From positions 1-32,364 of IMG/VR virus record IMGVR_UViG_3300005286_000500: a stretch of DNA of 32,364 bases; one strand, written 5' to 3'. Source of the stretch: a virus. Taxonomy: Duplodnaviria; Caudoviricetes. The position numbers were made by a program, and so were the translations under genes. Below the pieces are notes generated by a model. That model was not told the origin of the DNA. It searched no databases and saw only the letters and a list, made by a program, of their open reading frames with translations. Below, in pieces: positions 18,051-26,112 of the stretch (position 1 is its first letter; each line of letters opens with the position of its first letter).

Positions 18051-18078
18051 AAATGAAAAAGCCCGCCGATGGGCGGGC
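18051..18078 (-). terminator. Terminator-like hairpin upstream of the capsid gene
   Basis: Minus strand reads GCCCGCC-CATC-GGCGGGC followed by TTTTTCATTT. Confidence 0.7.
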
Positions 18079-18101
18079 CGGGATGCGGTTGCGCGAGGGC
18101 G

Positions 18102-18881
18102 CTACCTGGGGATGGTGAGGGCCTGCAGCCGCATGCGCTGCGCCTGGCGGGCCCTGTGGTCGGCCGAGGCCGCGGGCGGCTCCGGCGGGGGCGGTGCAGA
18201 CGTCTGCATTCGCGGCGCCTTGGCGTAGGCCGACAGGTTCCAGGCGGAGGCCTTGGCCGCGGTGTCACCGCCCTTGTCGCCGGCGTCGATGGCGTGCACG
18301 AAGCCGGCATCCACCGCCTCCTGTGCGGTGAACCAGGTTTCAGCCTTCACCCAGTCCTCGATCTGCTTGCGGTCGCCGCCGGTGAAGCGCTCGTAGGTGT
18401 CCACGATCGTGCCGTCCACCTTGCGCAGCAGCCCCACCACGCCCTCAAGGTCGTCGGCGTTGCCGGCGGCGAAGGTCCACGCCTGGTGGATCATGTACAT
18501 GCCGCCCGGGCTGATCCGCACCTCGTCGCAGGCGCAGCACAGGTCGGTGCCCGCGCTGGCCGACAAGCCGTCGATGTGGCCCACGATGCGCGCCTTGTGC
18601 TCGCGCATCGCCTGCGACATGGCCTGCGCGGCGAAGACATCGCCGCCCGGCGTGTTGACGCGCAGGTGGATGGTTTCCACGTCCAGTGCGGCGAGCGCGG
18701 GCACGAAGTCCTGCGGGCAGACACCGCCCCAGTACTCGGCCGTGGCGCGGTCGCCGACGATGGGATCGTAGACGTAGACCGTGGCATCGCTGGCGTCTGC
18801 AGTGCGGACGATGCGCTGCTCGATGGGCTTAAACGCCCGGCGGTTTTCCGCCAGGAGGCGAAGGAGAAGAAGCTGGCGCAT
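18102..18881 (-). CDS. Head maturation protease, ClpP-related (S14)
   Basis: Contains RVNTPGGDVF, DGLSASAG (Ser), MIHQAW (His) and ETWFTAQEAV.AGF. The start ATG 18881 follows GGAG and overlaps the end of the portal gene. Confidence 0.92.
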   Translation of the reverse strand: MRQLLLLRLLAENRRAFKPIEQRIVRTADASDATVYVYDPIVGDRATAEYWGGVCPQDFVPALAALDVETIHLRVNTPGGDVFAAQAMSQAMREHKARIVGHIDGLSASAGTDLCCACDEVRISPGGMYMIHQAWTFAAGNADDLEGVVGLLRKVDGTIVDTYERFTGGDRKQIEDWVKAETWFTAQEAVDAGFVHAIDAGDKGGDTAAKASAWNLSAYAKAPRMQTSAPPPPEPPAASADHRARQAQRMRLQALTIPR

Positions 18882-20160
18882 CGTCGGGTGCTCCGGTGTT
18901 GATCTTGTCGCCGCCTTCGATCGGCGGCATGTTTTCGCGGCGCCGCACTTCGTTGGGCACCATCCAGCCCGGCTCACCAGCGCGGCCTACGGCAATGCGG
19001 TACGCCTGGAAGCGGGTCAGCAGGTCGGCTTTTTCCAGCGCCTCGACGATGTGCTCGGCGTAGTACTGCCCGCGGCCCGGCCACAACTTGCGGTTGAACT
19101 CCTGGCGGATCTGCGTAAGGTGGCGCAGGAGCGTGTAGCGCACGAAGCCGATGCCCTGGGAGTCGATGCCCGTTCCCCAGCTCGTCGTCTTGTCGGTGTG
19201 CGCCACCATGAACGGCGGCACACCCAGGATGCGGCAGATCTCCTGGACGGAGAACAGCCGCGTGGCCAGGACCTCGGCGTCCTTCGGGTTCACCGTGAGC
19301 TGCGCCACGTCCACCCCGCCGGTGAGCAGCAGCGGCAGCCGGCTGTTCGGGCCGCCGGTGTACTTCAAGGCCAGGCTCTCGCGCAGCTGCGCGAGCTGCT
19401 TGTCGTCCAGCTTGCCGGCGCTTTTCAGCGCGTAGTCGAAGGCCGCACCCTCGCTGAAGAACCTGGCGTTGTAGGACTGGCCGGCCAGCGAGATGCCGAT
19501 GGCTTCGCGCGCGGCGTAGGTGATCGGGCTTGGACTGGTGCGACCGTCGAAGCCCAAGGACGTGAGGTGAATCATGTCTGCCGAGTACAGGACGTTCACC
19601 GAGCCGTCGTCCTCCACCACGCGGTACAGCAGCTCGCCGTCCGACTTGAACGGCGTCACGCGCTGCCAGTGATAGGGCTTCCAGCCGATCACGCGGCTGC
19701 TCACGCGACTGGGGCGCAGCAGCTTGGCGAAGCCGTCGCCACCGAACAGCTTGGCGCTGATCAGGTACTCCCAGGCCGTGTAGGCGCACATCTCCTCGCA
19801 CGGCTGCTCGTTGAGCATGCCCCAGTACTCGTGTGACGCACGGCTCTTCTCCTCGCCCTTGCGCTCGTAGATCGCCAGCGGCAGGCCAGCGATGGCACCG
19901 GCGATGAGCGAGACGCAGCCGTACACGGCAGACACGCGCATCGCGGTGTCCTGCGTGACGGCCACGCCGGCAGCCGAGGTGTTGCTCATCCCCAGCACGT
20001 TCACCAGCTGCTGGGCCGTGAGGCCCGTGGTGACGGCGTTCTCGTCGGCGGCCGAGGCCTGGATGCCGGCCCGCTGGGCCCCGCCCTCGCGCGAGGCCAG
20101 CCAGGAGCCGAGCACGCGCGAGTCGTGGCGCCTGGCGGACAGGTCGAAGGTTCGGGTCAT
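18829..20160 (-). CDS. Portal protein, HK97 family
   Basis: Contains AMRVSAVYGCV.LIA..IA.LP, MIHL, ICRILGVPP and NEVRRREN.PP..GGD. Confidence 0.95.
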   Translation of the reverse strand: MTRTFDLSARRHDSRVLGSWLASREGGAQRAGIQASAADENAVTTGLTAQQLVNVLGMSNTSAAGVAVTQDTAMRVSAVYGCVSLIAGAIAGLPLAIYERKGEEKSRASHEYWGMLNEQPCEEMCAYTAWEYLISAKLFGGDGFAKLLRPSRVSSRVIGWKPYHWQRVTPFKSDGELLYRVVEDDGSVNVLYSADMIHLTSLGFDGRTSPSPITYAAREAIGISLAGQSYNARFFSEGAAFDYALKSAGKLDDKQLAQLRESLALKYTGGPNSRLPLLLTGGVDVAQLTVNPKDAEVLATRLFSVQEICRILGVPPFMVAHTDKTTSWGTGIDSQGIGFVRYTLLRHLTQIRQEFNRKLWPGRGQYYAEHIVEALEKADLLTRFQAYRIAVGRAGEPGWMVPNEVRRRENMPPIEGGDKINTGAPDDAPASSPSPPGGKPPGV

Positions 20161-20164
20161 CGGG

Positions 20165-22009
20165 TCAGATCCTCAGCACCTGGATGCCAGGCGAGTTGTC
20201 AGGCTGCGGCGCCGCGGCACGGCTCAGCGCCATGACGGTCGCGACGATGCCGTCAATGCGTCCACGCGGCCGGCTCTTCTTCTTGTCCGGCCGGAAGTTG
20301 TCGTTGCTGTCGAAGAGCAGCGCCACGTTGCCCGCGCAGTAGCGCAGCACCGGGTTGCCGCCGTGGTGCAGACGTCTGCTGTAGACCAGCTGCTCCAGCT
20401 TCTTGCTGCCCGGGTACATGCCGCCGGTGTTCTGCGGCACCTCCACCAACGGCACGTCCTGGTCCAGCAGTTCGTTGGCCAGCTGCTGTGCGTTCCAGCG
20501 GTCGAAGCCGAGTTCGACCAGGTCGTAGTCCCGGCATGCCTGCAGGATCTGCTGCTTGACCGGCTCGTAGTCGGTCACGTCGCCCGGCGTGCCCACCAAC
20601 CAGCCGGCTTGCTGCCAGGCGCGGTAGTTGGCCGCGTCGTCCTGCTCCTGCGTGTCGATCTTCGACTGCGGGCACCAGTGCCACACCAGCACGTACCAAT
20701 CGCCGTCCGGGTCGTCATCGTCGGGCGGGAACACCAGCGACAGCGCGACCAGGTCGCGCGTGCTGGCCAAGTCCAGGCCGCCGTAGCAGCGCCGGCCCTT
20801 CAGCAGCGCGGGGTCGAACTTCTTGCCGCCCTTGTCCCAAACCGTGATGTCGAACCAGCTGTCCGCACCGCTGCCCCAGACGTTCAAGTCCTTGGTCAGG
20901 AAGTTGGCCAGCGCCGACGGCAGCGCGGCTGCCTTGCGCGCCATGGTGCGCATGTACTCCCAGGTCTTGGACAGCCCCAGGCCCGGGTTGGCCTTGACCC
21001 AGTTGCGCTCATCGAAGGGGTCGTCCCCTTCGTCCAGCGTGTAGATGTAGCCAAAGAAGGCGTCATCGACGCGCTTGCCCTCCAGCACGGAGATCAGGTA
21101 CTGCCGGATCTCGGTGCAGATGCCGTCGAGCACGTAGCCCGCGGTGGTGATCGCCGACAGCAGCGGGTCGCGCCGGGCACCGAGCGCGGACTCCATGACG
21201 TCCCACACGTCGCGCGTCTTCTGCGCGTGCAGCTCGTCGAAGAGGATGGCCGACGGGTTCAGGCCGTCCAGGTTGTCGGCGTTGGCCGGCAGCGGCGCGA
21301 AGACCGACTCGCCGCACTCGATCTTTTCCTGGTTGAGGCCGTTGAAGATCTTGAACGAGCGCGCGACGCCGGGCGAGCGGCGCGCCCACTTCTTGATGTT
21401 GTCGAACGCGGGCTTGAAGACCGTCATGGCCTGGGCCCGCGTGGTGGCCACGGCGTAGACCTCGGCGCCGATCTCGCCGGCCCAGCCGAAGAGGTAGGCG
21501 CCCTGCGGCCCCTTCCACGTGCTCTTGCCGTTCTTGCGCGCGACCTCCTCATAGCCGCGGTGAAAGCGCCGGGAGCCGTCGGCGGTGCGCCGCCAGCCGT
21601 AGAGCACCGCCGTCCAGAACTTCTGCCACGGGTCCAGCAGGATCGGCCGCCCAGCGAGCGGCCCCTTGATGTGGACGAAGAAGCGCTCGATGAACTGGAT
21701 GACGTGCCAGCCGTTGGCCGCGTCGAAGTAGAGGCCGCGCTCGCCGGCGCGCTGCAGGTCCTCGTAGTGCCGCTTGACCGCCAGGTACGTGTACTTGCCG
21801 GTGACGATGTCGCCCTGCAGGACGGGCAGGCCATAGGCCGTGTCCCACTCCTGCAGCTGCGCCGGCGTCAGTGCGGCGAGTTGCTTCTTGGTGAGGTGGT
21901 AGCGTGGCCGACGAGCTCGCTGAACAGGTCGTCCTGCGGGCTGGGCCCGCCGACGTCCTTGCGCACCCTGGCCAGCGACGGAATGGTCAAGCACGCCTTC
22001 GGCAACCAT
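20165..22009 (-). CDS. terL: Terminase large subunit
   Basis: Walker A (VARKNGKS), Walker B (ILFDELH) and nuclease motifs (GGLDLAST, RIDGIVA) are present. The exact start is less certain. Confidence 0.95.
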   Translation of the reverse strand: MVAEGVLDHSVAGQGAQGRRRAQPAGRPVQRARRPRYHLTKKQLAALTPAQLQEWDTAYGLPVLQGDIVTGKYTYLAVKRHYEDLQRAGERGLYFDAANGWHVIQFIERFFVHIKGPLAGRPILLDPWQKFWTAVLYGWRRTADGSRRFHRGYEEVARKNGKSTWKGPQGAYLFGWAGEIGAEVYAVATTRAQAMTVFKPAFDNIKKWARRSPGVARSFKIFNGLNQEKIECGESVFAPLPANADNLDGLNPSAILFDELHAQKTRDVWDVMESALGARRDPLLSAITTAGYVLDGICTEIRQYLISVLEGKRVDDAFFGYIYTLDEGDDPFDERNWVKANPGLGLSKTWEYMRTMARKAAALPSALANFLTKDLNVWGSGADSWFDITVWDKGGKKFDPALLKGRRCYGGLDLASTRDLVALSLVFPPDDDDPDGDWYVLVWHWCPQSKIDTQEQDDAANYRAWQQAGWLVGTPGDVTDYEPVKQQILQACRDYDLVELGFDRWNAQQLANELLDQDVPLVEVPQNTGGMYPGSKKLEQLVYSRRLHHGGNPVLRYCAGNVALLFDSNDNFRPDKKKSRPRGRIDGIVATVMALSRAAAPQPDNSPGIQVLRI

Positions 22010-22356
22010 TGGCCGAGCTCCATCTTCAGGCGCTTCTCGTCCTCAGCCCACGGCTGCAGGGACGAGTAGCCGTTCTGCGAGGTGCGGTAGCGACCGCGGT
22101 CGTCGCACAGCTGCAGCGCATCGAGCCAGGCGTCGTAGGTCTTGACGATGACCACGATCGGCAGGCCGGCGGTCATGTGCTCGATGCCGGCCTCGCGCAG
22201 CATCTGGCACAGGTGGTGGTAGAGCGCGACCTCGCGGTCGCTCAGGTCGGTGCACGGCGGCGGGTCCGGCGACCGCACCTCGGTGCCGCCGGAGGCGGGT
22301 TTCGAGGCGCCATCGGGCGGCGCACCGGCCGCGAAGGAGAAGGGTTTTGGGCTCAT
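21868..22356 (-). CDS. terS: Terminase small subunit (P27-like)
   Basis: A 162-aa ORF upstream of terL with P.PP..LS..E and CLTIPSLARV patterns. Confidence 0.85.
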   Translation of the reverse strand: MSPKPFSFAAGAPPDGASKPASGGTEVRSPDPPPCTDLSDREVALYHHLCQMLREAGIEHMTAGLPIVVIVKTYDAWLDALQLCDDRGRYRTSQNGYSSLQPWAEDEKRLKMELGQWLPKACLTIPSLARVRKDVGGPSPQDDLFSELVGHATTSPRSNSPH

Positions 22357-22459
22357 GGAGCGGCTTTCTCAGTCGGGGAGCGCGCGCGCGGCCCCGAGCG
22401 CTTCAGCGCGTCCTGGGGCCTCTATCGCCTTCAACCCCCCGGGGGTAGTTTTCTGGTCC

Positions 22460-22530
22460 CCATAAAAATCCAGGTGGACGGTCGGTCCTGCGCGGCGGGC
22501 TCCAGACTTTTGGCCCCCCCCTCCCCGCCA
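22460..22530. other. Putative cos/packaging initiation region
   Basis: Non-coding DNA between HNH and terS. The minus strand has a G-run (GGGGAGGGGGGG)-CCAAAAGTCTGG...GGACCGACCGTCCACCTGGATTTTT, a layout I associate with cos regions of HNH-terminase phages. The cut site is not determined. Confidence 0.55.
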
Positions 22531-22619
22531 AACGGGCTGGGGTCGGGGCCGGCCTGGCCGCCGCCGCCCGGCGCGCCTCGGCCTGCGCCGGCTGCCCGCT
22601 GGGAGCACCCGTTGAGCCC

Positions 22620-23021
22620 TCAACGCGGCGCCACGCTGCGGAGCTGGGGCCGGTTCTCGGTGGCGGTCTTCGCCTTGTGGCAGTCCACGTTGATGGCCTG
22701 CAGGTTGTCGTCCTCGTCCACACCTTCCAGCGTGCCGAAGCGTGCGAGCCACGTCGCCTTGTTGATGCGGTGGTCCACCTCGGTAGCGACGCGCAGGCGG
22801 TTGAGGCGCTTGCACTCGTCACACCGGCACAAGCCCTTGTCGCGCTCCAGGATGCGCAGGCGGCGCTTCTCCCAGTCGGCGCCGTATCCGCGTTGCTGCC
22901 GCGTGCCGCGCCTGCGATCTGCAAAGGTACCGGCGCGGACCTTGTGGGCGTCGCACCGGGCGGTGCCGTCGCGCACGAGCGTGCCGCAGGTCACGCAGGA
23001 TCTCGGCGCGGCCTTGGGCAT
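22620..23021 (-). CDS. HNH endonuclease (terminase cofactor, HK97 gp74-like)
   Basis: Contains RGYGADW..R..IL.RD..LC.C..C, EVDH and NLQAI...CH..KT. It is the first gene of the late operon. Confidence 0.92.
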   Translation of the reverse strand: MPKAAPRSCVTCGTLVRDGTARCDAHKVRAGTFADRRRGTRQQRGYGADWEKRRLRILERDKGLCRCDECKRLNRLRVATEVDHRINKATWLARFGTLEGVDEDDNLQAINVDCHKAKTATENRPQLRSVAPR

Positions 23022-23034
23022 GTGGATGATCCAG

Positions 23035-23061
23035 AAACGAAAAAGCCCGCTGCTGCGGGCT
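23035..23061 (-). terminator. Late-leader terminator (tR'-like)
   Basis: Minus strand reads AGCCCGC-AGCA-GCGGGCT followed by TTTTCGTTT, between the Q-like gene and HNH. Confidence 0.8.
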
Positions 23062-23173
23062 GTTTAGACGCACTGACCCCACCGATAGCTCCCGGGTCGG
23101 AACCGGGTTGAGCACTAGCGTGCTGGTCAGATTCACCGTGCGGGACGCACCATGGCACGGCGTGGGGCGGAGT

Positions 23174-23893
23174 CTAACCGCGCAAATTCCGACCGCGCAA
23201 GTGGTGCCGCATGTCGGCATCGACAAACGAGAAGCGCCGCTCCATCTCCGCCAGCAGGTACGTGGCGAAGTTGCGCTCCACATCATCACGGCCCAGCGCC
23301 TCCTGCGCGCGACCGGTGCCACTGCACCAACGGCACACCTGCAACGGCTTGCCGTTGCCTCCCTTGGTGCCCAGGCCGTGGCAGCTCTGGCAACGCGGTT
23401 CCAGGAACGTGCGCAACACCTGACCGGTGATCGCAACGACCACGCTGTCCGGCCGCATGAAGTACCGCCGGGTCGCCTCCACCACGGCCCAACGACCCAG
23501 CGCGTCGCGTGCGGCCGGCAGTGAGCGCAGCTGCTGCAGCGCCTTTGCATAGGCGACGCGCTCTTCACCGTGCAGCTGCTGCTGGCGGCGCAGCAGGACT
23601 TCGAGGTCCTCGGCAGCCCGGGGCGGACCGCGCCGCATCTCCCGCTGAACCAAGGCCATGGACACCTTGATCGCCGCCTGTACTTCTCGCTGTCGCTGCT
23701 GCACGAGAAGCTGCTCGCCGCGCACGCCGTCCAGCTCGACACGCAGCCGGTAGAGCAATGGCCCCAGCTCGTCGCGCATGGCGCCGGCTGCGATCAGCAC
23801 ATCAACGTCGCTGGCCGCATCGCCGGCCCGCAGATGGCTGCTGGTGATGGCGCGGCTGTACCGCTCCTCTGTCGTGATGACATCCTTGTCCAT
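23174..23893 (-). CDS. Late-gene antiterminator, lambda Q-like with zinc finger
   Basis: Has two CxxCxGxG motifs (CQSCHGLG, CRWCSGTG) and lies directly upstream of the late leader and terminator. Confidence 0.7.
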   Translation of the reverse strand: MDKDVITTEERYSRAITSSHLRAGDAASDVDVLIAAGAMRDELGPLLYRLRVELDGVRGEQLLVQQRQREVQAAIKVSMALVQREMRRGPPRAAEDLEVLLRRQQQLHGEERVAYAKALQQLRSLPAARDALGRWAVVEATRRYFMRPDSVVVAITGQVLRTFLEPRCQSCHGLGTKGGNGKPLQVCRWCSGTGRAQEALGRDDVERNFATYLLAEMERRFSFVDADMRHHLRGRNLRG

Positions 23894-23979
23894 TCCCTAC
23901 CCCCTTCGCCGCTGCTGAATCCGTCCACCGGTGAGCCGCCGCGGCGCGCGGTCGGGCTTCAAAGGCCCCAGCGGTGCGT

Positions 23980-25077
23980 TCATGCGACAGCCTCCAGCTC
24001 GCGCCCGGCAGCCTGTTTCACCCGGGCTTCGTACTCCGCAAACGACTCGCCGCGCTGGGCGTAGAAGGCCGCCTCATCCCACTTGCCAAGACCCGCCTCA
24101 ACGCCGATAGCCTCCACGCCGCTGCGCGTCTGCGGCCAGCCGCCTGGCGCACCAGGGCCGTCCGGCGCAGGCAGCGCGGTGGCGCTCCGGTTCGCCACCT
24201 TTCCCGCCAGCCAGGCCATGGGCGCCTTCACGCTGCTCCAGCCTGCCCTGGGCGCTTGGTCCAGGATGGCCTGCGCCGTCCAGCCGGCGCTGACCAGCCG
24301 TTGCAGATCGCCGTCGGTGTGGTGCACGAGCAGCCCCTGGGCGGTCAGCTCTGCCGCCACGGACCGCACGGCATCGGAGCGTGACGCCTCCCGTAACGGC
24401 GTGACGGCAGCCGTCACGCAGGGCGTTACGGCGTCACCTTCTCCGCCACCCACACCGACCGTTGCATCGCCGGGGGTGGTGGGGGTGGAAGGTGGTTCAT
24501 GGGTTGTGGTTACTGGTTTAAGGGGCTGCGTCACGGGCGTAACGCGTGACGTCACCGGCGTTACGCCATCGGTGTCGCCGGCCCCGTCCGTGTCGCCCAG
24601 CGCCGCCGATGCCGTCTCGCCCAGATGCTGGACACACAGGGCACGCAGCTCTTCAAGACTGGCGTCCGCCTGAACGGGCACGCCGATATCGGAAAGGGCT
24701 TTGCGGCGGCGCTTGCGCTCGCGGTACCGGCGCTGCCGTTCAGCACCTGACGACTGGCCGCCCTCCTCCTGTGCATCGTCTTCCGCCGGCGCGCCGCGCT
24801 GGTACGCCGCGACGGCGCGATCCCAGTCCGCTCGGTGGTGGCGCCCGTCGTCTCCGAGCACGAAGAAGCGGCGCAGCACCCCTTCCAGCGCCTCGCGCTC
24901 GCCCTTCTTGCGGACGTTGACGCCGGCCATGGCGGCCAGCTCCTGCAGGTCCACCACGAGGCCTGACTCGTCGCCCTTGTAGTAGAGCTCCAGGGACCAG
25001 TAGATGCCCCGCTGCAACGCTGGCAGCCGGCCCACGGCCAGCAGCTCGTCGCCGATGTTTCGCTTGAACCATTTCAT
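23980..25077 (-). CDS. Replication initiation protein (YdaU/DUF1376-like N-terminus)
   Basis: N-terminus is MKWFKRNIGD..L...RGIY..L..YY. It has an AERQRRYRERK motif, internal iteron clusters and an SD (GAGGAGG). Confidence 0.75.
   Translation of the reverse strand: MKWFKRNIGDELLAVGRLPALQRGIYWSLELYYKGDESGLVVDLQELAAMAGVNVRKKGEREALEGVLRRFFVLGDDGRHHRADWDRAVAAYQRGAPAEDDAQEEGGQSSGAERQRRYRERKRRRKALSDIGVPVQADASLEELRALCVQHLGETASAALGDTDGAGDTDGVTPVTSRVTPVTQPLKPVTTTHEPPSTPTTPGDATVGVGGGEGDAVTPCVTAAVTPLREASRSDAVRSVAAELTAQGLLVHHTDGDLQRLVSAGWTAQAILDQAPRAGWSSVKAPMAWLAGKVANRSATALPAPDGPGAPGGWPQTRSGVEAIGVEAGLGKWDEAAFYAQRGESFAEYEARVKQAAGRELEAVA
24379..24565. repeat. Putative replication origin: about 11 CGTNAC(G) iterons in two clusters
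   Basis: Copies of CGTGACG/CGTAACG/CGTCACG/CGTTACG occur at 24379-24438 and 24528-24565. They flank a T-richer GGTT-repeat stretch inside the replication gene. Confidence 0.7.
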
Positions 25078-25143
25078 CGCGCAACGACCTCCTCAACACT
25101 GCGCGCCGGACCATAAGGTCCGATATCGGAAATCGGCAATTCC

Positions 25144-25512
25144 TTACGTGCCGTCGGCTGAGGCGCTGATCAACGCCACGACGCTCACCAGCTCGCCGGT
25201 GACGGTGCAGTGCCGGTTCCTGGACGCGGGCAGCTGCTGCAGCGCCTGGCGCTTCACCAGGTCGCTCACGCAGCGGCTGACGAGGCCGGCATCGCGCAGC
25301 ACCTCCTGTACGCCGTTGCGCTCGTCAAGCGCCATCCAAATCCGCTGAATCTCTCGACGCGTCAGGTCCTTCTGTCCGAGCCTGTACGCCTCGCGCACGA
25401 TCTGGAGCACCGTGTCCGGCTGGCTCCCCGGCCGCGGCAGCCGCGGACCTTGCAACACATCTGCCTGGACCGCACGCGTGACCGCTCGGGACACTTCTTG
25501 TTTTTCCATCAC
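25144..25512 (-). CDS. Hypothetical protein, possibly winged-helix DNA-binding
   Basis: Has an SD (GGGAGG) and a DLTRREIQ...VSRCVSDLV...C.VTG pattern. Confidence 0.7.
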   Translation of the reverse strand: MMEKQEVSRAVTRAVQADVLQGPRLPRPGSQPDTVLQIVREAYRLGQKDLTRREIQRIWMALDERNGVQEVLRDAGLVSRCVSDLVKRQALQQLPASRNRHCTVTGELVSVVALISASADGT

Positions 25513-25637
25513 GACCTCCCTATGGCCGGTGAAGACACGGGCCGATATCGGCGCCGCTGTAGATCAAAAGGACGGGCGACCTCCCCGGGTAAGCTGGGCG
25601 ATCCCGTAACCAACCACCAGCCCCGGGAGGGCTACCC

Positions 25638-25844
25638 ATGGCAGACAACTTTCTTGACTACTCCTCCGAGACGTACCGCGCTGAAATCGCTGCGCAGCGC
25701 ATCGTCATGGCCGCACTGGGCAGCGGCAGCCTTCGGTTCGCCTACGACATCTCGGACGACGAACAAGCGGCGAACGCGGGTCGGTTTCTGGGCCTGATCA
25801 CGACGACACTGGCCAAGACGCTGCGGGAGTCGAGCGAGGCCTGA
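25638..25844 (+). CDS. Small hypothetical protein oriented against the pR operon (68 aa)
   Basis: An SD (GGGAGG) precedes the ATG, and a -10-like TAAGCT lies at 25590. Confidence 0.65.
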   Translation: MADNFLDYSSETYRAEIAAQRIVMAALGSGSLRFAYDISDDEQAANAGRFLGLITTTLAKTLRESSEA

Positions 25845-26031
25845 ACGCCGCCAACACTAAGCGTCGGGCGGCTTGGCCGAGCTCGGTAGGCATCTCGCCC
25901 TGCAGCTGAGTGAGGCTGGCGTTGGTCAAGCCACCGCTCAGGCGCTCCAGCACCCGCTCTAGCGCTTGCTGCTCCGCGCCGGTTAGGCGTTCCACCACAT
26001 CACCCGCCGCGGCGGGGGCTTGTTGTTTCAT
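25798..26031 (-). CDS. Small hypothetical protein (77 aa)
   Basis: An SD (AAGGAG) precedes ATG 26031. The sequence is helical, and its 3' end overlaps the convergent + strand ORF. Confidence 0.5.
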   Translation of the reverse strand: MKQQAPAAAGDVVERLTGAEQQALERVLERLSGGLTNASLTQLQGEMPTELGQAARRLVLAAFRPRSTPAASWPVSS

Positions 26032-26112
26032 CACTGGCTCCTTGCCGCGCATAGGCGGCCTTCTAGAAACGCCGCGGCTTGCCCGCGACAACCGTGCCCA
26101 GGGAGGGCACCG

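Noticed and set aside
6324-22069. Long + strand ORFs (e.g. 6324-8696, 14003-15517, 16559-18118, 19892-22069)
   Set aside because: They are antisense shadows of GC3-rich structural genes, with no recognisable motifs.
23069-23142. Possible tRNA or hammerhead ribozyme in the late leader
   Set aside because: It lacks a canonical cloverleaf with a TTCRA T-loop and lacks the CUGANGA/GAAA hammerhead core. It is kept only as a generic structured-RNA candidate.
25107-25122. Inverted repeat CGGACC-ATAA-GGTCCG resembling F/N15 sopC half-sites
   Set aside because: It is a single copy with different spacing and flanks. The overlapping CCGATATCGG motif is the one that recurs.
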